Both the position numbers and the translations under genes were made by a program. The notes under the pieces were generated by a model. That model made no database searches and was not told the origin of the DNA. It was given only the letters and a program-made list of their open reading frames with translations. This document shows positions 1-7,668 of a stretch of 17,653 nt of DNA, piece after piece (within the stretch, counting starts at the first letter, position 1; the number at the start of each line of letters is the position of its first letter). Source of the stretch: a virus; IMG/VR virus record IMGVR_UViG_3300044445_000035. One strand, given 5' to 3'.

Positions 1-127
1 GCGCGGTCACTAGTGCCGACCTGCTTGACTACACGGAGACTACGCAATTAACTCGACTCGTCGAGAAGAATTGGGAAACGTTCAAGCCGGTATTTCAGGA
101 TCAGGCCCGCCTGAAAGTGATGTTCGG
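1..127. repeat. Terminal direct repeat, copy 1; identical to 17527..17653 and consistent with a circular-contig overlap
   Basis: Base-by-base comparison shows 1..127 equals 17527..17653. The repeat sits exactly at both window ends and lies inside a coding frame that is preserved, because the 17526 offset is divisible by 3. Confidence 0.9.
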
Positions 128-665
128 GCTCGTCCTGGATTACCGCAATCCGGCTCAGCACAATCGAGAATTGTTGGGCTTCGAGCGAGACCTGTTATCC
201 GGCGGCGCGCAACAGGTACGCAACCAGGTTGGGATCTACCGAAGTACCTCGGGTAGCCGGTCCCGGTTCTATCCCGTAATAGAGAGTGCGGTAGACGACC
301 GCGGGCGACCCGGTGTTCGACCTGGCCTCGACGTATACCCCATGCGTATCGAACGCTACTCCGTGGGTGACGAGATCGTGGTCCGCGCGCGAGCTGCTTC
401 TTCGAGATCTTTCGAGAATAGATGGTTCGTCACGCTTGTGGATTTCAGTCAGTTCGGAATTTCTAAGTCGGGAAAGGCCCCAGACAACGTCGCCGCGACT
501 GGCGAGGATGTCGAATTGCGGTATCGGTTTACGACTGCGGACGTCGGCGAGAATCGGGTGCTGGAGGTTTACCTGACCACAACATCGGCCTATCACCGGC
601 ACGGTAAGTGGCTCGACGATAATGCCCTGTTCAGGGTCGCTGTCGACCCACCGTGGGACGAGTGA
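3..665 (+). CDS. Swt1-like HEPN domain protein, C-terminal part; continues 17373..17653 across the circular junction, 272 aa in full
   Basis: The frame is open from the window edge, so the track ORF 117..665 is only its first-Met fragment. The sequence LLDYTETTQLTRLVEKNWETFKPVFQDQARLKVMFGLVLDYRNPAQHNRELL carries the Rx4H HEPN motif (R-NPAQ-H) in a Swt1-HEPN-like context. About 130 aa of beta-rich C-terminal sequence show no motif I recognise. GC is about 50-57% in sampled 60-nt blocks, against roughly 68% elsewhere. TGA stop at 663..665. Confidence 0.75.
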   Translation, partial: AVTSADLLDYTETTQLTRLVEKNWETFKPVFQDQARLKVMFGLVLDYRNPAQHNRELLGFERDLLSGGAQQVRNQVGIYRSTSGSRSRFYPVIESAVDDRGRPGVRPGLDVYPMRIERYSVGDEIVVRARAASSRSFENRWFVTLVDFSQFGISKSGKAPDNVAATGEDVELRYRFTTADVGENRVLEVYLTTTSAYHRHGKWLDDNALFRVAVDPPWDE

Positions 666-694
666 CAACCCCGGCACGGCCGCGTCGTACGGGG

Positions 695-1015
695 CTAGTG
701 CACGAAAGTCGGGGCCACGACAGCGACGACAGCTCCGGCTAGCAGGAACACCTTCGCGGTTGAGGCGAACAGTGTGACCCAGTCTCTCGCCACAGTCCCC
801 AGGCCATCCGCCTTCGCTGCCAGCTCGACGATCCCGGCGAGCAGCGCCAGCCCGGCAAGGACCGCTGCCGTGGTTTCGGCGGTCCACACACGCCACACGA
901 CGACGGCGAGGACCAGGAGGGTCGAGACCGCGAGCAGGACGGCGATCGTCACACCGAAGGTGATCCAGCCCATCCCGGTCGACGCTTGAGGAGTTGTGTT
1001 CGGATTCGGAGTCAC
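695..1015 (-). CDS. Multi-pass membrane protein (second holin, antiholin or exclusion-type protein), 106 aa
   Basis: Three hydrophobic segments: GWITFGVTIAVLLAVSTLLVLAVVVW, AAVLAGLALLAGIV and VFLLAGAVVAVVAPTF. GTG start, high GC3, and the last gene of the minus-strand array. The start could instead be the internal ATG (MGWITF). Confidence 0.6.
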   Translation of the reverse strand: MTPNPNTTPQASTGMGWITFGVTIAVLLAVSTLLVLAVVVWRVWTAETTAAVLAGLALLAGIVELAAKADGLGTVARDWVTLFASTAKVFLLAGAVVAVVAPTFVH

Positions 1016-1025
1016 CCGACTGACA

Positions 1026-1343
1026 CTATCGACCGTCGTCCCGGGACGACCGCGGGTGGAGCTGGCGATTCAGCTCTGCGACTTCCGCATTCAGGCGGGC
1101 AATCTCGTCGTCCTTTTTTGAGAGGGTGCCGTTCGTCTGCTTCTGCACCGTCTCAATCTTCTGCTGCACGGAGTTGAGGCCCGCGCCCAGGCCCCCGGCC
1201 ACGACGACCAGACCCAGCACCTGGACGAGGAGCGCGGTGAACGTGGCGGTGGCGTCGGGGCGGTGGATCTGGAGGATGAGCGTTCCGGCGATGCCGATCG
1301 CGGCGAGGAGTCCGAAGACGAGGAACGCGACGTTCTTGTTCAT
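1026..1343 (-). CDS. Holin-like protein: two TM helices plus a charged coiled-coil tail, 105 aa
   Basis: TM1 is VAFLVFGLLAAIGIAGTLIL and TM2 is FTALLVQVLGLVVVAGGLGAGL, followed by the charged tail KIETVQKQTNGTLSKKDDEIARLNAEVAELNRQL. A GAAGGA Shine-Dalgarno lies upstream of the ATG. It sits directly after the hydrolase gene. Confidence 0.65.
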   Translation of the reverse strand: MNKNVAFLVFGLLAAIGIAGTLILQIHRPDATATFTALLVQVLGLVVVAGGLGAGLNSVQQKIETVQKQTNGTLSKKDDEIARLNAEVAELNRQLHPRSSRDDGR

Positions 1344-1364
1344 GGGTGGTCCTTCAGTCGGGTG

Positions 1365-1895
1365 TCAGGCAGAGACGTCTACGGCGGCGCGGATGAGGTG
1401 GCGGAGCCATTCGCCCGCGGTCGTGCCCACGGGGGCGGTGGGGTGGATCTTGTCGGGTGAGCATTCAGCACGCCAGCGCCCCTCGGGGGTGCGGTACTGA
1501 GTCCAGGGGTCCACCCAGTACCAGCCCATCGCGGTGACGTAGTTCCGAATGTCGGTGTTGAGCTGCGCGGCCTCCGCGTAAAAGCCGTCGGAGCGGGGCG
1601 GCATGGCGGCGATGAGGGCACGGGCGGCGCCGGACTTGACCACGATGTCCCGAATAGCGATGAGGGTCACCTCGAGGGGGACACGCCACATGGCGTTGGA
1701 CACGTCGTTGGTTCCGACCATGATGACCGTCACGTCAGCCGTCACCGGGGCAGCATTCTGCGCCACCTGATACGACCGGTATCCGCCGTGCGCGTAGCCC
1801 CCGACATGCGCGACATCGGGGGCCACGGCCCCGTTCAGCCACGAGAAGTCGGGGGTCGCGGTGAGGGAGTCACCGTATGCGGCGAAGGTGGTCAC
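1365..1895 (-). CDS. SGNH/GDSL-family hydrolase (esterase); candidate lysis or receptor-modifying enzyme, 176 aa
   Basis: SGNH blocks are visible: AYGDSLT (block I), GGY (II), MVGTNDV (III) and DKIHPT (V, DxxH). I place the start at GTG 1895, which forms a GTGA overlap with the upstream stop at 1892..1894. The longer track ORF to 2093 has an Arg/Pro-rich N-terminus that looks non-coding and overlaps the fibre gene. Confidence 0.75.
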   Translation of the reverse strand: MTTFAAYGDSLTATPDFSWLNGAVAPDVAHVGGYAHGGYRSYQVAQNAAPVTADVTVIMVGTNDVSNAMWRVPLEVTLIAIRDIVVKSGAARALIAAMPPRSDGFYAEAAQLNTDIRNYVTAMGWYWVDPWTQYRTPEGRWRAECSPDKIHPTAPVGTTAGEWLRHLIRAAVDVSA

Positions 1896-2578
1896 GATGC
1901 GTCCTCCAGACGGCTGACACGGGCGATGAGGCGCTGTACGGCGGGGAGCATGGCGAGGGCGACCATCTCGTAGTTGAGTCCCTCCACGCCGTCCGGGCCG
2001 TAGAAGCACGCCCACCCGAGGCCCGCCCCTTCGACGCGCTCGGCGATGAGTCCCATCTCGCGGCGGTCGTCCACGGCGATAGCGGCCTTCCACTGGTAGG
2101 ACACCAGCGAGAGCATGAGGATCTGCTCATCGGTCACGTCCTCGGGGCGGACGAACTTCTTGTACCGCTCGGTGGAGGCGGAGAAGCCAAGCACGCCGTC
2201 ATCCTGGATGAACAGGGCGCGGCGGGTGCCGCCCAGGCCGCGGTGGTAAGCGTCGTTGAACAAATTGCCCTGGCGGATGTGGGTGATCTTGGCGTCGCGG
2301 TCTGCGAAGTCAGCGTCATACTGCGCGCCGGTCTTCGCGAGCTTCTGCACCGCGAGAAAGTCGAGGTCGGTCTGCACGTCGGCGGTCGTGGTCGGGGTGT
2401 TCCCGGCCGTGATCTGAAGCGCCTGGCGGATGGCGAGGGCGGTCGATCCGGACGTGAACTTCGTCCGGCGCGCGACCTCGTCGGCCAGGCGGTTGATGTA
2501 CAGGTCGATGTCGCTTGCTTGCCCGTTGCCGGGGGTCAGGTCGATGCCTGCCGATACGGCGTCGTCTCCGATAGCCAC
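1892..2578 (-). CDS. Tail fibre protein with a C-terminal intramolecular chaperone (peptidase S74-like) domain, 228 aa
   Basis: The C-terminal half, FSASTERYKKFVRPEDVTDEQILMLSLVSYQWKAAIAVDDRREMGLIAERVEGAGLGW, matches the S-x-R-x-K ... Y-x-W ... G-(F/L)-IA-(Q/E) pattern of endosialidase and tail-fibre chaperone domains. It is the last gene of the tail module. Confidence 0.65.
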   Translation of the reverse strand: MAIGDDAVSAGIDLTPGNGQASDIDLYINRLADEVARRTKFTSGSTALAIRQALQITAGNTPTTTADVQTDLDFLAVQKLAKTGAQYDADFADRDAKITHIRQGNLFNDAYHRGLGGTRRALFIQDDGVLGFSASTERYKKFVRPEDVTDEQILMLSLVSYQWKAAIAVDDRREMGLIAERVEGAGLGWACFYGPDGVEGLNYEMVALAMLPAVQRLIARVSRLEDAS

Positions 2579-2593
2579 GGTGGGTCTCCTTCG

Positions 2594-4291
2594 TTACAGG
2601 TTGTCGATGGTGCCGGTCAGGGCGTTGATGGTGCCGGGGAGGAGGTCGATAGCGTTGGCGGGCGTGTCGACGGAGCGAGTGAGGATGGTCATCTCGTCGC
2701 GATCGAGGTCGAAGGTCAAACGCGCGATCTTCCCGGACTGGATGGGAGCGCCGTCCAGCACGATCTGCACGGACTGTTCGGCGCGTGCTCGCCAGTCCGC
2801 CACCGCGGTTGCGGTGACCTCGCGGCCTCGCCCCTGCGCACGGCGCACGGCGTAGGCGGCGAAGCCGGGGCCGGGATATGGGCGGTCAAATTCGAACCGG
2901 CGCACGCGGGTGGCACCGGGCAGGGCGTAGGACTCGGCCGCGATGCGCTGCTCGCCGTCGCGGTTCGTCCAGCGCCACACGGCGACCGCGGCGTCAAACC
3001 ATGTCTCGTCGCCGCGGGACACCTTGTCGGTGGCGTCGATGAGGTTCTGTCCGTGCCGGATGGTCACCCCGCCGGCCGCCATGTACAGCTCATCGCGGAG
3101 GGTCCACTGCCGCGCCTCATCGCACACGAGACGTCGCCCGAAGGACTGCACGATCGGGACGAGGAATGACATCGTGTCGCGGCCCGCGGGCCACACCAGG
3201 ACCTCGGGGGAGCGGTCGATCTTCGCCGTGCGCTTCGACGCGGAGGCGTTGACCACGTTGTCCCACGTGTAGCGGTACCCGGCTGTCTCCGGGGTCGCGC
3301 CGGAGAACATCTCGGTCACGTCCACGCCGGGGCGGTCGTCGTGCTCTGACAGGCGCGGGTGCCCCCAGGTGATCGCTCCGGACGTGCCGCCGTGGAAGGC
3401 GCGGATGAAGGCCTCGGTCGCGCCCTCGGGGACGGCGAAGGTCACAGATACGCGGGCGCGGGAACCGGCAGTGTTGGGAATCTGAGCGGACTGGACCTGT
3501 TGGTACGCGCCCGTACCCACGCGCCAGTACGCGACCAGGCTGCGCGCCTCCGCACGGGTGCCGGTCATCGCGGCGATGGTCTGCCCCGTCATGCTGAAGG
3601 TGTAGACCTTGCCCGGCTGCATACCCAGGCGAAGGCCCCCGCCGTCAGCCACGATCGAGATGCACGAGTTGTTGGACGTGGGGTTCGTCAGCCGGATGCC
3701 GTTGTACGCGATGCCCGTCAGCGCCCCCGGAATCGCAGTGTCGTAGTCGCGGGTGCAGTTGATCGGCGGGTAGTAGGTCGTGTCGGTCATGCGCGGGTCG
3801 GGGATCGTGTTCACCGCGTCGCTGTAGACCGTCACGTCGGCATCCGTCCCGCCCGCCTGCAGAGCGGCGCCGGGGATTGCCTTACCGAGGGCGTAGTTCA
3901 CGACGGCGCGCAGCGACGACTGCCGGGAGAGGGCGCCGGTGTCGTCGGCGAGGGGCGCGTAGTCCATCGCCAGGGCCTCGTCCGAGGCGAGAGGCAGGGA
4001 CACGGTGCCGTCGCGGTGGTTCACGGTGCGGTCGCGAAGGGTGAGGTCGAACGTCCGTGTCTGCGTAGTGCTCCCGAAGGTCGCGTTCGCGGTGATGCGC
4101 ACGCGCGGCGGCGGGGACAGGCGCGTGTCGAGCGCCGCGAGCGTGGCGGCGGGCGGCACCGGGATACGCAGATCGGCGGTCACATGTGGAGCGCCGCTCT
4201 CGTCGAGCTCGATGCGGCCACCTCGGACGCTGAGTGACACGTTGGGGGAGCCGAGGAGGACAGCGCTGTAGACGTGGGTGGACTCGGTCAC
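2594..4291 (-). CDS. Minor tail protein (tip or receptor-binding protein with a probable carbohydrate-binding-like insert), 565 aa
   Basis: It is the largest ORF after the tape measure and has a GTGA overlap with the upstream gene. A central beta-rich segment (NPTSNNSCISIVADGGGLRLGMQPGKVYTFSMTG...AFIRAFHGG) resembles a jelly-roll or CBM-type module. The function call rests mainly on synteny. Confidence 0.6.
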   Translation of the reverse strand: MTESTHVYSAVLLGSPNVSLSVRGGRIELDESGAPHVTADLRIPVPPAATLAALDTRLSPPPRVRITANATFGSTTQTRTFDLTLRDRTVNHRDGTVSLPLASDEALAMDYAPLADDTGALSRQSSLRAVVNYALGKAIPGAALQAGGTDADVTVYSDAVNTIPDPRMTDTTYYPPINCTRDYDTAIPGALTGIAYNGIRLTNPTSNNSCISIVADGGGLRLGMQPGKVYTFSMTGQTIAAMTGTRAEARSLVAYWRVGTGAYQQVQSAQIPNTAGSRARVSVTFAVPEGATEAFIRAFHGGTSGAITWGHPRLSEHDDRPGVDVTEMFSGATPETAGYRYTWDNVVNASASKRTAKIDRSPEVLVWPAGRDTMSFLVPIVQSFGRRLVCDEARQWTLRDELYMAAGGVTIRHGQNLIDATDKVSRGDETWFDAAVAVWRWTNRDGEQRIAAESYALPGATRVRRFEFDRPYPGPGFAAYAVRRAQGRGREVTATAVADWRARAEQSVQIVLDGAPIQSGKIARLTFDLDRDEMTILTRSVDTPANAIDLLPGTINALTGTIDNL

Positions 4292-4638
4292 GGGATCTCC
4301 TCGTAGCGGACCGTGAGCATCCAGCGGCCGTTCGATTCGATCGGGCGGGAGACGCCGCGGGCGATGAATCGCATATTGACCGTGGGTCGTTCGGTGTGCG
4401 CGAGCGTCCAGGCGCCGGAGCGAGCGAGGGCGACGCGGGCGGCACTGCTCAGTGCCTCGGTGGCGAAGTCGAGCGTCATCGAGCCGGTGCGCATGCCGAG
4501 GGGCCGAAAAGTCACGTCCGGGTCGGCGCGCCCGAGGATGGGATGCACGATCGCCCCGCCGCCGTCCTGGTCAGAGGTGTAGTCGGAGAGGGTGCGCGGG
4601 CTGAGCGTGGTCGAGCCGCTGGTGAAGGTGGCGGGCAT
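4288..4638 (-). CDS. Minor tail protein in the distal tail protein position, 116 aa
   Basis: ATG at 4638 lies 2 nt after the tape measure stop. GC3 is high. Function is assigned by position only, and the protein is unusually short for a Dit. Confidence 0.5.
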   Translation of the reverse strand: MPATFTSGSTTLSPRTLSDYTSDQDGGGAIVHPILGRADPDVTFRPLGMRTGSMTLDFATEALSSAARVALARSGAWTLAHTERPTVNMRFIARGVSRPIESNGRWMLTVRYEEIP

Positions 4639-4640
4639 GA

Positions 4641-5912
4641 TCAGTAGAGGGTCACCGATCCGCGAGGTACAGAGACCTCGCCTCGAAGCTGAAGCACCGG
4701 CGGGCGGTAGTTACGGATCGCGGAGTCGAGGCTGTCCAAGTTGGCGCGGACGTAGACGGTCTTGTCCTGGATGTTGGTGACGTTGTTCTCGAAGGCATCC
4801 ACGTCTTCGTTTGCGCGCTTCGTCTGAGCGTTGACGACGATCTCCTTGCCTCCTGGCAAGCGGACGATCGAGTTACCGAGGTCGTCGGTCTCTCCGGTCG
4901 CTACGCCCACCTGCGAGGCGTAGTCGAAGAGTGCGCGCTGCGCGTTCTCGGCCTGCTCAGCGCCCATGCTGAGACCGTTGGTGAGCTCGTCGAGGGCGCT
5001 CTTGCCCGCTATGTAGGTCGAGTTCGCCGACGACTGACCCGTCGTCGCGGCCTCGATGTTCTGAGCCATGTTGTCCGCGCCCTCAGCATTGGCGTCCATA
5101 GCGGCCTTCTGCTTGCCGAGAGCCGTCTCGACGATGCCGATCGCGGTCGAGTCACCGGCCATTGCGCGCATGGCGGTCGACACGTCGATACCCCAGTTCT
5201 TCGCGTTCTCGCCCGCGATCTTGTACCGCTCGGGGTCGGTGGCGATCGAGTTGATCTCGGCGAATACCTGCGAGGCGCTGATCGCCCCGTCGATCCCCTC
5301 GATGTAGCCCTCGGCGAACTTGGCGGCGGCTTCGTTCAGGGCCTCCTGCTTCTCCTTCGCCTCCTGCTGACCCGCGGTGAGCGCGCCGAGACCGACAGCA
5401 CCGGCAGCGAGCGCGAACGCGCCAGCGAGGCCAGCAGGCCCCATTCCGGCGACGGTCGCGGCGAGCCCGCCCAGGGTGTCCTGCCCGACCTGTCCGAGGT
5501 CGCTGAGGTCGCCGCGGATGCTGGACACCGCCTCGCCGAGGTTCGATCCGACCTCCTGCGTGACCTCCTCGCTCGCGGCGCGCATACGCCCGAAGCCCTG
5601 CCCTGCGTCGTCACCCGCCTCCCGCGCCTTCCGGCCGAGCTGATCCGTCTCACGCTGCGCCGACTCGAGCGCCTTCTCGAGCTTGTCGAGACTGCGCTTA
5701 CCGTCGTCCCCGAGATCGTCAGCGGCCCGCGCCGTGTCCTTCAGGTCGCGTTCGAGGTCCAGGACGTTCGAGTAGTCGGCCCCCTCGACCTGACGTTCAA
5801 GGTCCTCGAACGCCTGCACGGCGTCCTCGACCGGGCGGATGACGCCGCTGTTGAAACCCTGATCGAACGCCTTCGTGTCGGAGGCGATGCCGATCTCGTG
5901 AATGTGTGCCAC
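4641..5912 (-). CDS. Tape measure protein, 423 aa
   Basis: Long Ala/Glu/Asp/Gln-rich predicted helical sequence with a central Gly/Ala hydrophobic block (LGGLAATVAGMGPAGLAGAFALAAGAVGLGALTAG). It lies between the major tail protein region and the tail tip genes. GTG start. Confidence 0.75.
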   Translation of the reverse strand: MAHIHEIGIASDTKAFDQGFNSGVIRPVEDAVQAFEDLERQVEGADYSNVLDLERDLKDTARAADDLGDDGKRSLDKLEKALESAQRETDQLGRKAREAGDDAGQGFGRMRAASEEVTQEVGSNLGEAVSSIRGDLSDLGQVGQDTLGGLAATVAGMGPAGLAGAFALAAGAVGLGALTAGQQEAKEKQEALNEAAAKFAEGYIEGIDGAISASQVFAEINSIATDPERYKIAGENAKNWGIDVSTAMRAMAGDSTAIGIVETALGKQKAAMDANAEGADNMAQNIEAATTGQSSANSTYIAGKSALDELTNGLSMGAEQAENAQRALFDYASQVGVATGETDDLGNSIVRLPGGKEIVVNAQTKRANEDVDAFENNVTNIQDKTVYVRANLDSLDSAIRNYRPPVLQLRGEVSVPRGSVTLY

Positions 5913-5914
5913 GG

Positions 5915-6430
5915 TCAGCCCTTCAGTTCGAGGAGGTCGAGGGTCGTCTTCGTCGCGGTCTGCACCACGAGGGAGCCGATGCGCGGGATGGAGTCGGACA
6001 CAGCGGGCTGGAAGACGTACCCGCGGCGGCGGACGGGCGGCATTCGCGATCCGATGCGGCGGGTGTGGGCCTTGACCGGGCGGCCCCGGCGGGTGGACGC
6101 GCGGACGTCCTGCCGTTTGTTCGGGCCGATGCCCCGCTCGGCACCGATCGAGACGTCCTTCACGGGTGTTCCCGACGAGAGCCGACCGGTCGAACCGGAG
6201 CGGAGGAATACGTTCCGCGAGGTGACGCCGACCTGTCCGGAGTTCACCAGTGCCCTCTGCTGTAGCCGGGTCGCCGCGCGCTCACGCAGCTCGCCCTGCC
6301 AGATTGGCGACACGGTGCTCTTGACCTGAGCGTTCACCTTCCGGCGAACTTCGGTCGGGACCGACCGCGACGCGATCATGAGGTCGCGCAGGGGCGAGTC
6401 CACCCGAAGGGAGATACGCCCCTGCCCCAT
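5915..6430 (-). CDS. Basic structural protein, HK97 gp10-like, occupying the tail assembly chaperone slot, 171 aa
   Basis: GAGGAG Shine-Dalgarno upstream of ATG 6430. The protein is very Arg-rich. The segment RIGSRMPPVRRRGYVFQPAV resembles the (M)PARPFL motif of the HK97 gp10 family. I saw no slippery heptamer or overlapping -1 frame partner. Confidence 0.45.
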   Translation of the reverse strand: MGQGRISLRVDSPLRDLMIASRSVPTEVRRKVNAQVKSTVSPIWQGELRERAATRLQQRALVNSGQVGVTSRNVFLRSGSTGRLSSGTPVKDVSIGAERGIGPNKRQDVRASTRRGRPVKAHTRRIGSRMPPVRRRGYVFQPAVSDSIPRIGSLVVQTATKTTLDLLELKG

Positions 6431-6444
6431 GACCGCTCCTCAGC

Positions 6445-6861
6445 TCAGGCCGCCGCGAACGCGGGCTGGCCGTTGACCTGGAGCGAGATGGACGCGTTGT
6501 GCAGCGCCGACCCCGACCCACCCATGCGGCCAATCTCGACGAGCGCGTCGAACGTGACGACCTGGCCGCCTGCGGCGGGGGTGTACTTGAACGACTTCAC
6601 CTGACCGTGCCAGGCGATGAGCTGCTGCGCGAACGAGCCGGTCGTCTTCCAGTCCTGGTTGTACTCGATCTCCGCCACCCACGCGGGCGTGCCGACGTAG
6701 GACTGCACGCCGCCGCCGATGTCGGTGACCTGGCCCTTCGGGACGGAGGGCACGAGCGCGCACGAGGTGACGGCTGCGGTGTACTCGTCGCGGGTGGTCG
6801 AGGTACCCCCTTCGAGCTTGCCGGTACCGCCGTAGTAGACGGCGTTCGCGATCTTGGCCAT
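6445..6861 (-). CDS. Major tail protein (putative), 138 aa
   Basis: A strong GGAAGGGG Shine-Dalgarno precedes the ATG. The protein is small and Gly/Thr/Val-rich, located after the connector genes and before the tape measure. The call is positional. Confidence 0.55.
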   Translation of the reverse strand: MAKIANAVYYGGTGKLEGGTSTTRDEYTAAVTSCALVPSVPKGQVTDIGGGVQSYVGTPAWVAEIEYNQDWKTTGSFAQQLIAWHGQVKSFKYTPAAGGQVVTFDALVEIGRMGGSGSALHNASISLQVNGQPAFAAA

Positions 6862-6864
6862 GAG

Positions 6865-7272
6865 CTATTCCCCTTCCGAGGGAGCGATGTTGGTAAGGGC
6901 GGTGAGGGACACGCGCCACGCGAGCGGCCCGTTGTCGAGCTGCACCTTGCGGGCGGTGGAGAAGAACAGGTCATCGGCCTGCACGATCACCTGGACGATG
7001 CGCAGGACGTGGGAGTCGACGTCGGTCTCCGCGCCGCCGTCGTAGTCGGTGCGCGGGGTGGTCACGACAACGTCGATCGACGCGGCGACGGCCGAGCGGG
7101 GGAGCGGCTGCCCGCCCGCGCTGCTGCCGAACTCCGTGAACTCGAAGAACACGACCGGCACGAGCGATTCGGTGTATCCCTCGATGTGGTCGACCATGCG
7201 CCAGTCGGCGGGGAGCTGCGGGGTGAGGCGTTCGGCGAGCGTCGCGCGCAGGGTGGCCAGGTCAGAAAACAT
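6865..7272 (-). CDS. Head-tail joining, head closure or tail terminator-like protein, 135 aa
   Basis: ATG 7272 overlaps the upstream gene by 11 nt. GC3 is high. It lies between the adaptor and the major tail protein, and function is assigned by synteny only. Confidence 0.45.
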   Translation of the reverse strand: MFSDLATLRATLAERLTPQLPADWRMVDHIEGYTESLVPVVFFEFTEFGSSAGGQPLPRSAVAASIDVVVTTPRTDYDGGAETDVDSHVLRIVQVIVQADDLFFSTARKVQLDNGPLAWRVSLTALTNIAPSEGE

Positions 7273-7666
7273 CGGCCACGCCCTTTCGAGGTCGGATGAT
7301 CGCCTGGATGTCCTTATCGAGCGGGCGCGGCGCGTAGGAGAACTCCCCGGTTCCGGCCTCCCCGGCGCCGCTCACGCGGCCCGCGTTCCACAGGTGCTTG
7401 GCATGCTGAAGCTGCGCCCAGACGAACCGCGTCGGGACAGGTGCCCCGGCGGGCTGCTCGGGCGCGTATTCGAGCACCTGCTCGCGCGCGATTTCGAGGA
7501 GCATCCCGAGCACCTCCGCGTTGGTCAGCGGGGCGTCCTTCCACGCCGCGACGACGCGCTGCTGCGCGGTCGTGTCTGCGGCGGAGTACCAGGGGGTCGC
7601 GACGGCCGGGGGCATCACGCCGGGGGCGAGCACGTACCCGTCGGCGTCGGGCTGGATGAGAGGCAC
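7262..7666 (-). CDS. Head-to-tail adaptor (gp6-like connector), 134 aa
   Basis: I place the start at GTG 7666. It has a GGAGGG Shine-Dalgarno 7 nt upstream and lies 2 nt after the collagen-like gene stop, whereas the track ORF extends to 7726 inside that gene. The sequence VLGMLLEIAREQVLEYAP...FVWAQLQHAKHLWNA is typical of phage head-tail connector proteins. Confidence 0.55.
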   Translation of the reverse strand: MPLIQPDADGYVLAPGVMPPAVATPWYSAADTTAQQRVVAAWKDAPLTNAEVLGMLLEIAREQVLEYAPEQPAGAPVPTRFVWAQLQHAKHLWNAGRVSGAGEAGTGEFSYAPRPLDKDIQAIIRPRKGVADVF

Positions 7667-7668
7667 GG

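Noticed and set aside
1-127. The 127-bp terminal repeats read as prophage attL/attR, IS or LTR-type repeats
   Set aside because: Serine integrases recombine through a 2-bp crossover and do not create long duplications. The copies sit exactly at the window ends, the length equals a common assembler k-mer, and a single ORF reads seamlessly across the join. No host-like flanking genes are present.
666-694. A bidirectional terminator between the convergent HEPN gene and the membrane-protein gene
   Set aside because: I could find only a 5-bp CCCCG/CGGGG stem with a ~16-nt loop and no U-tract, which is too weak to call.
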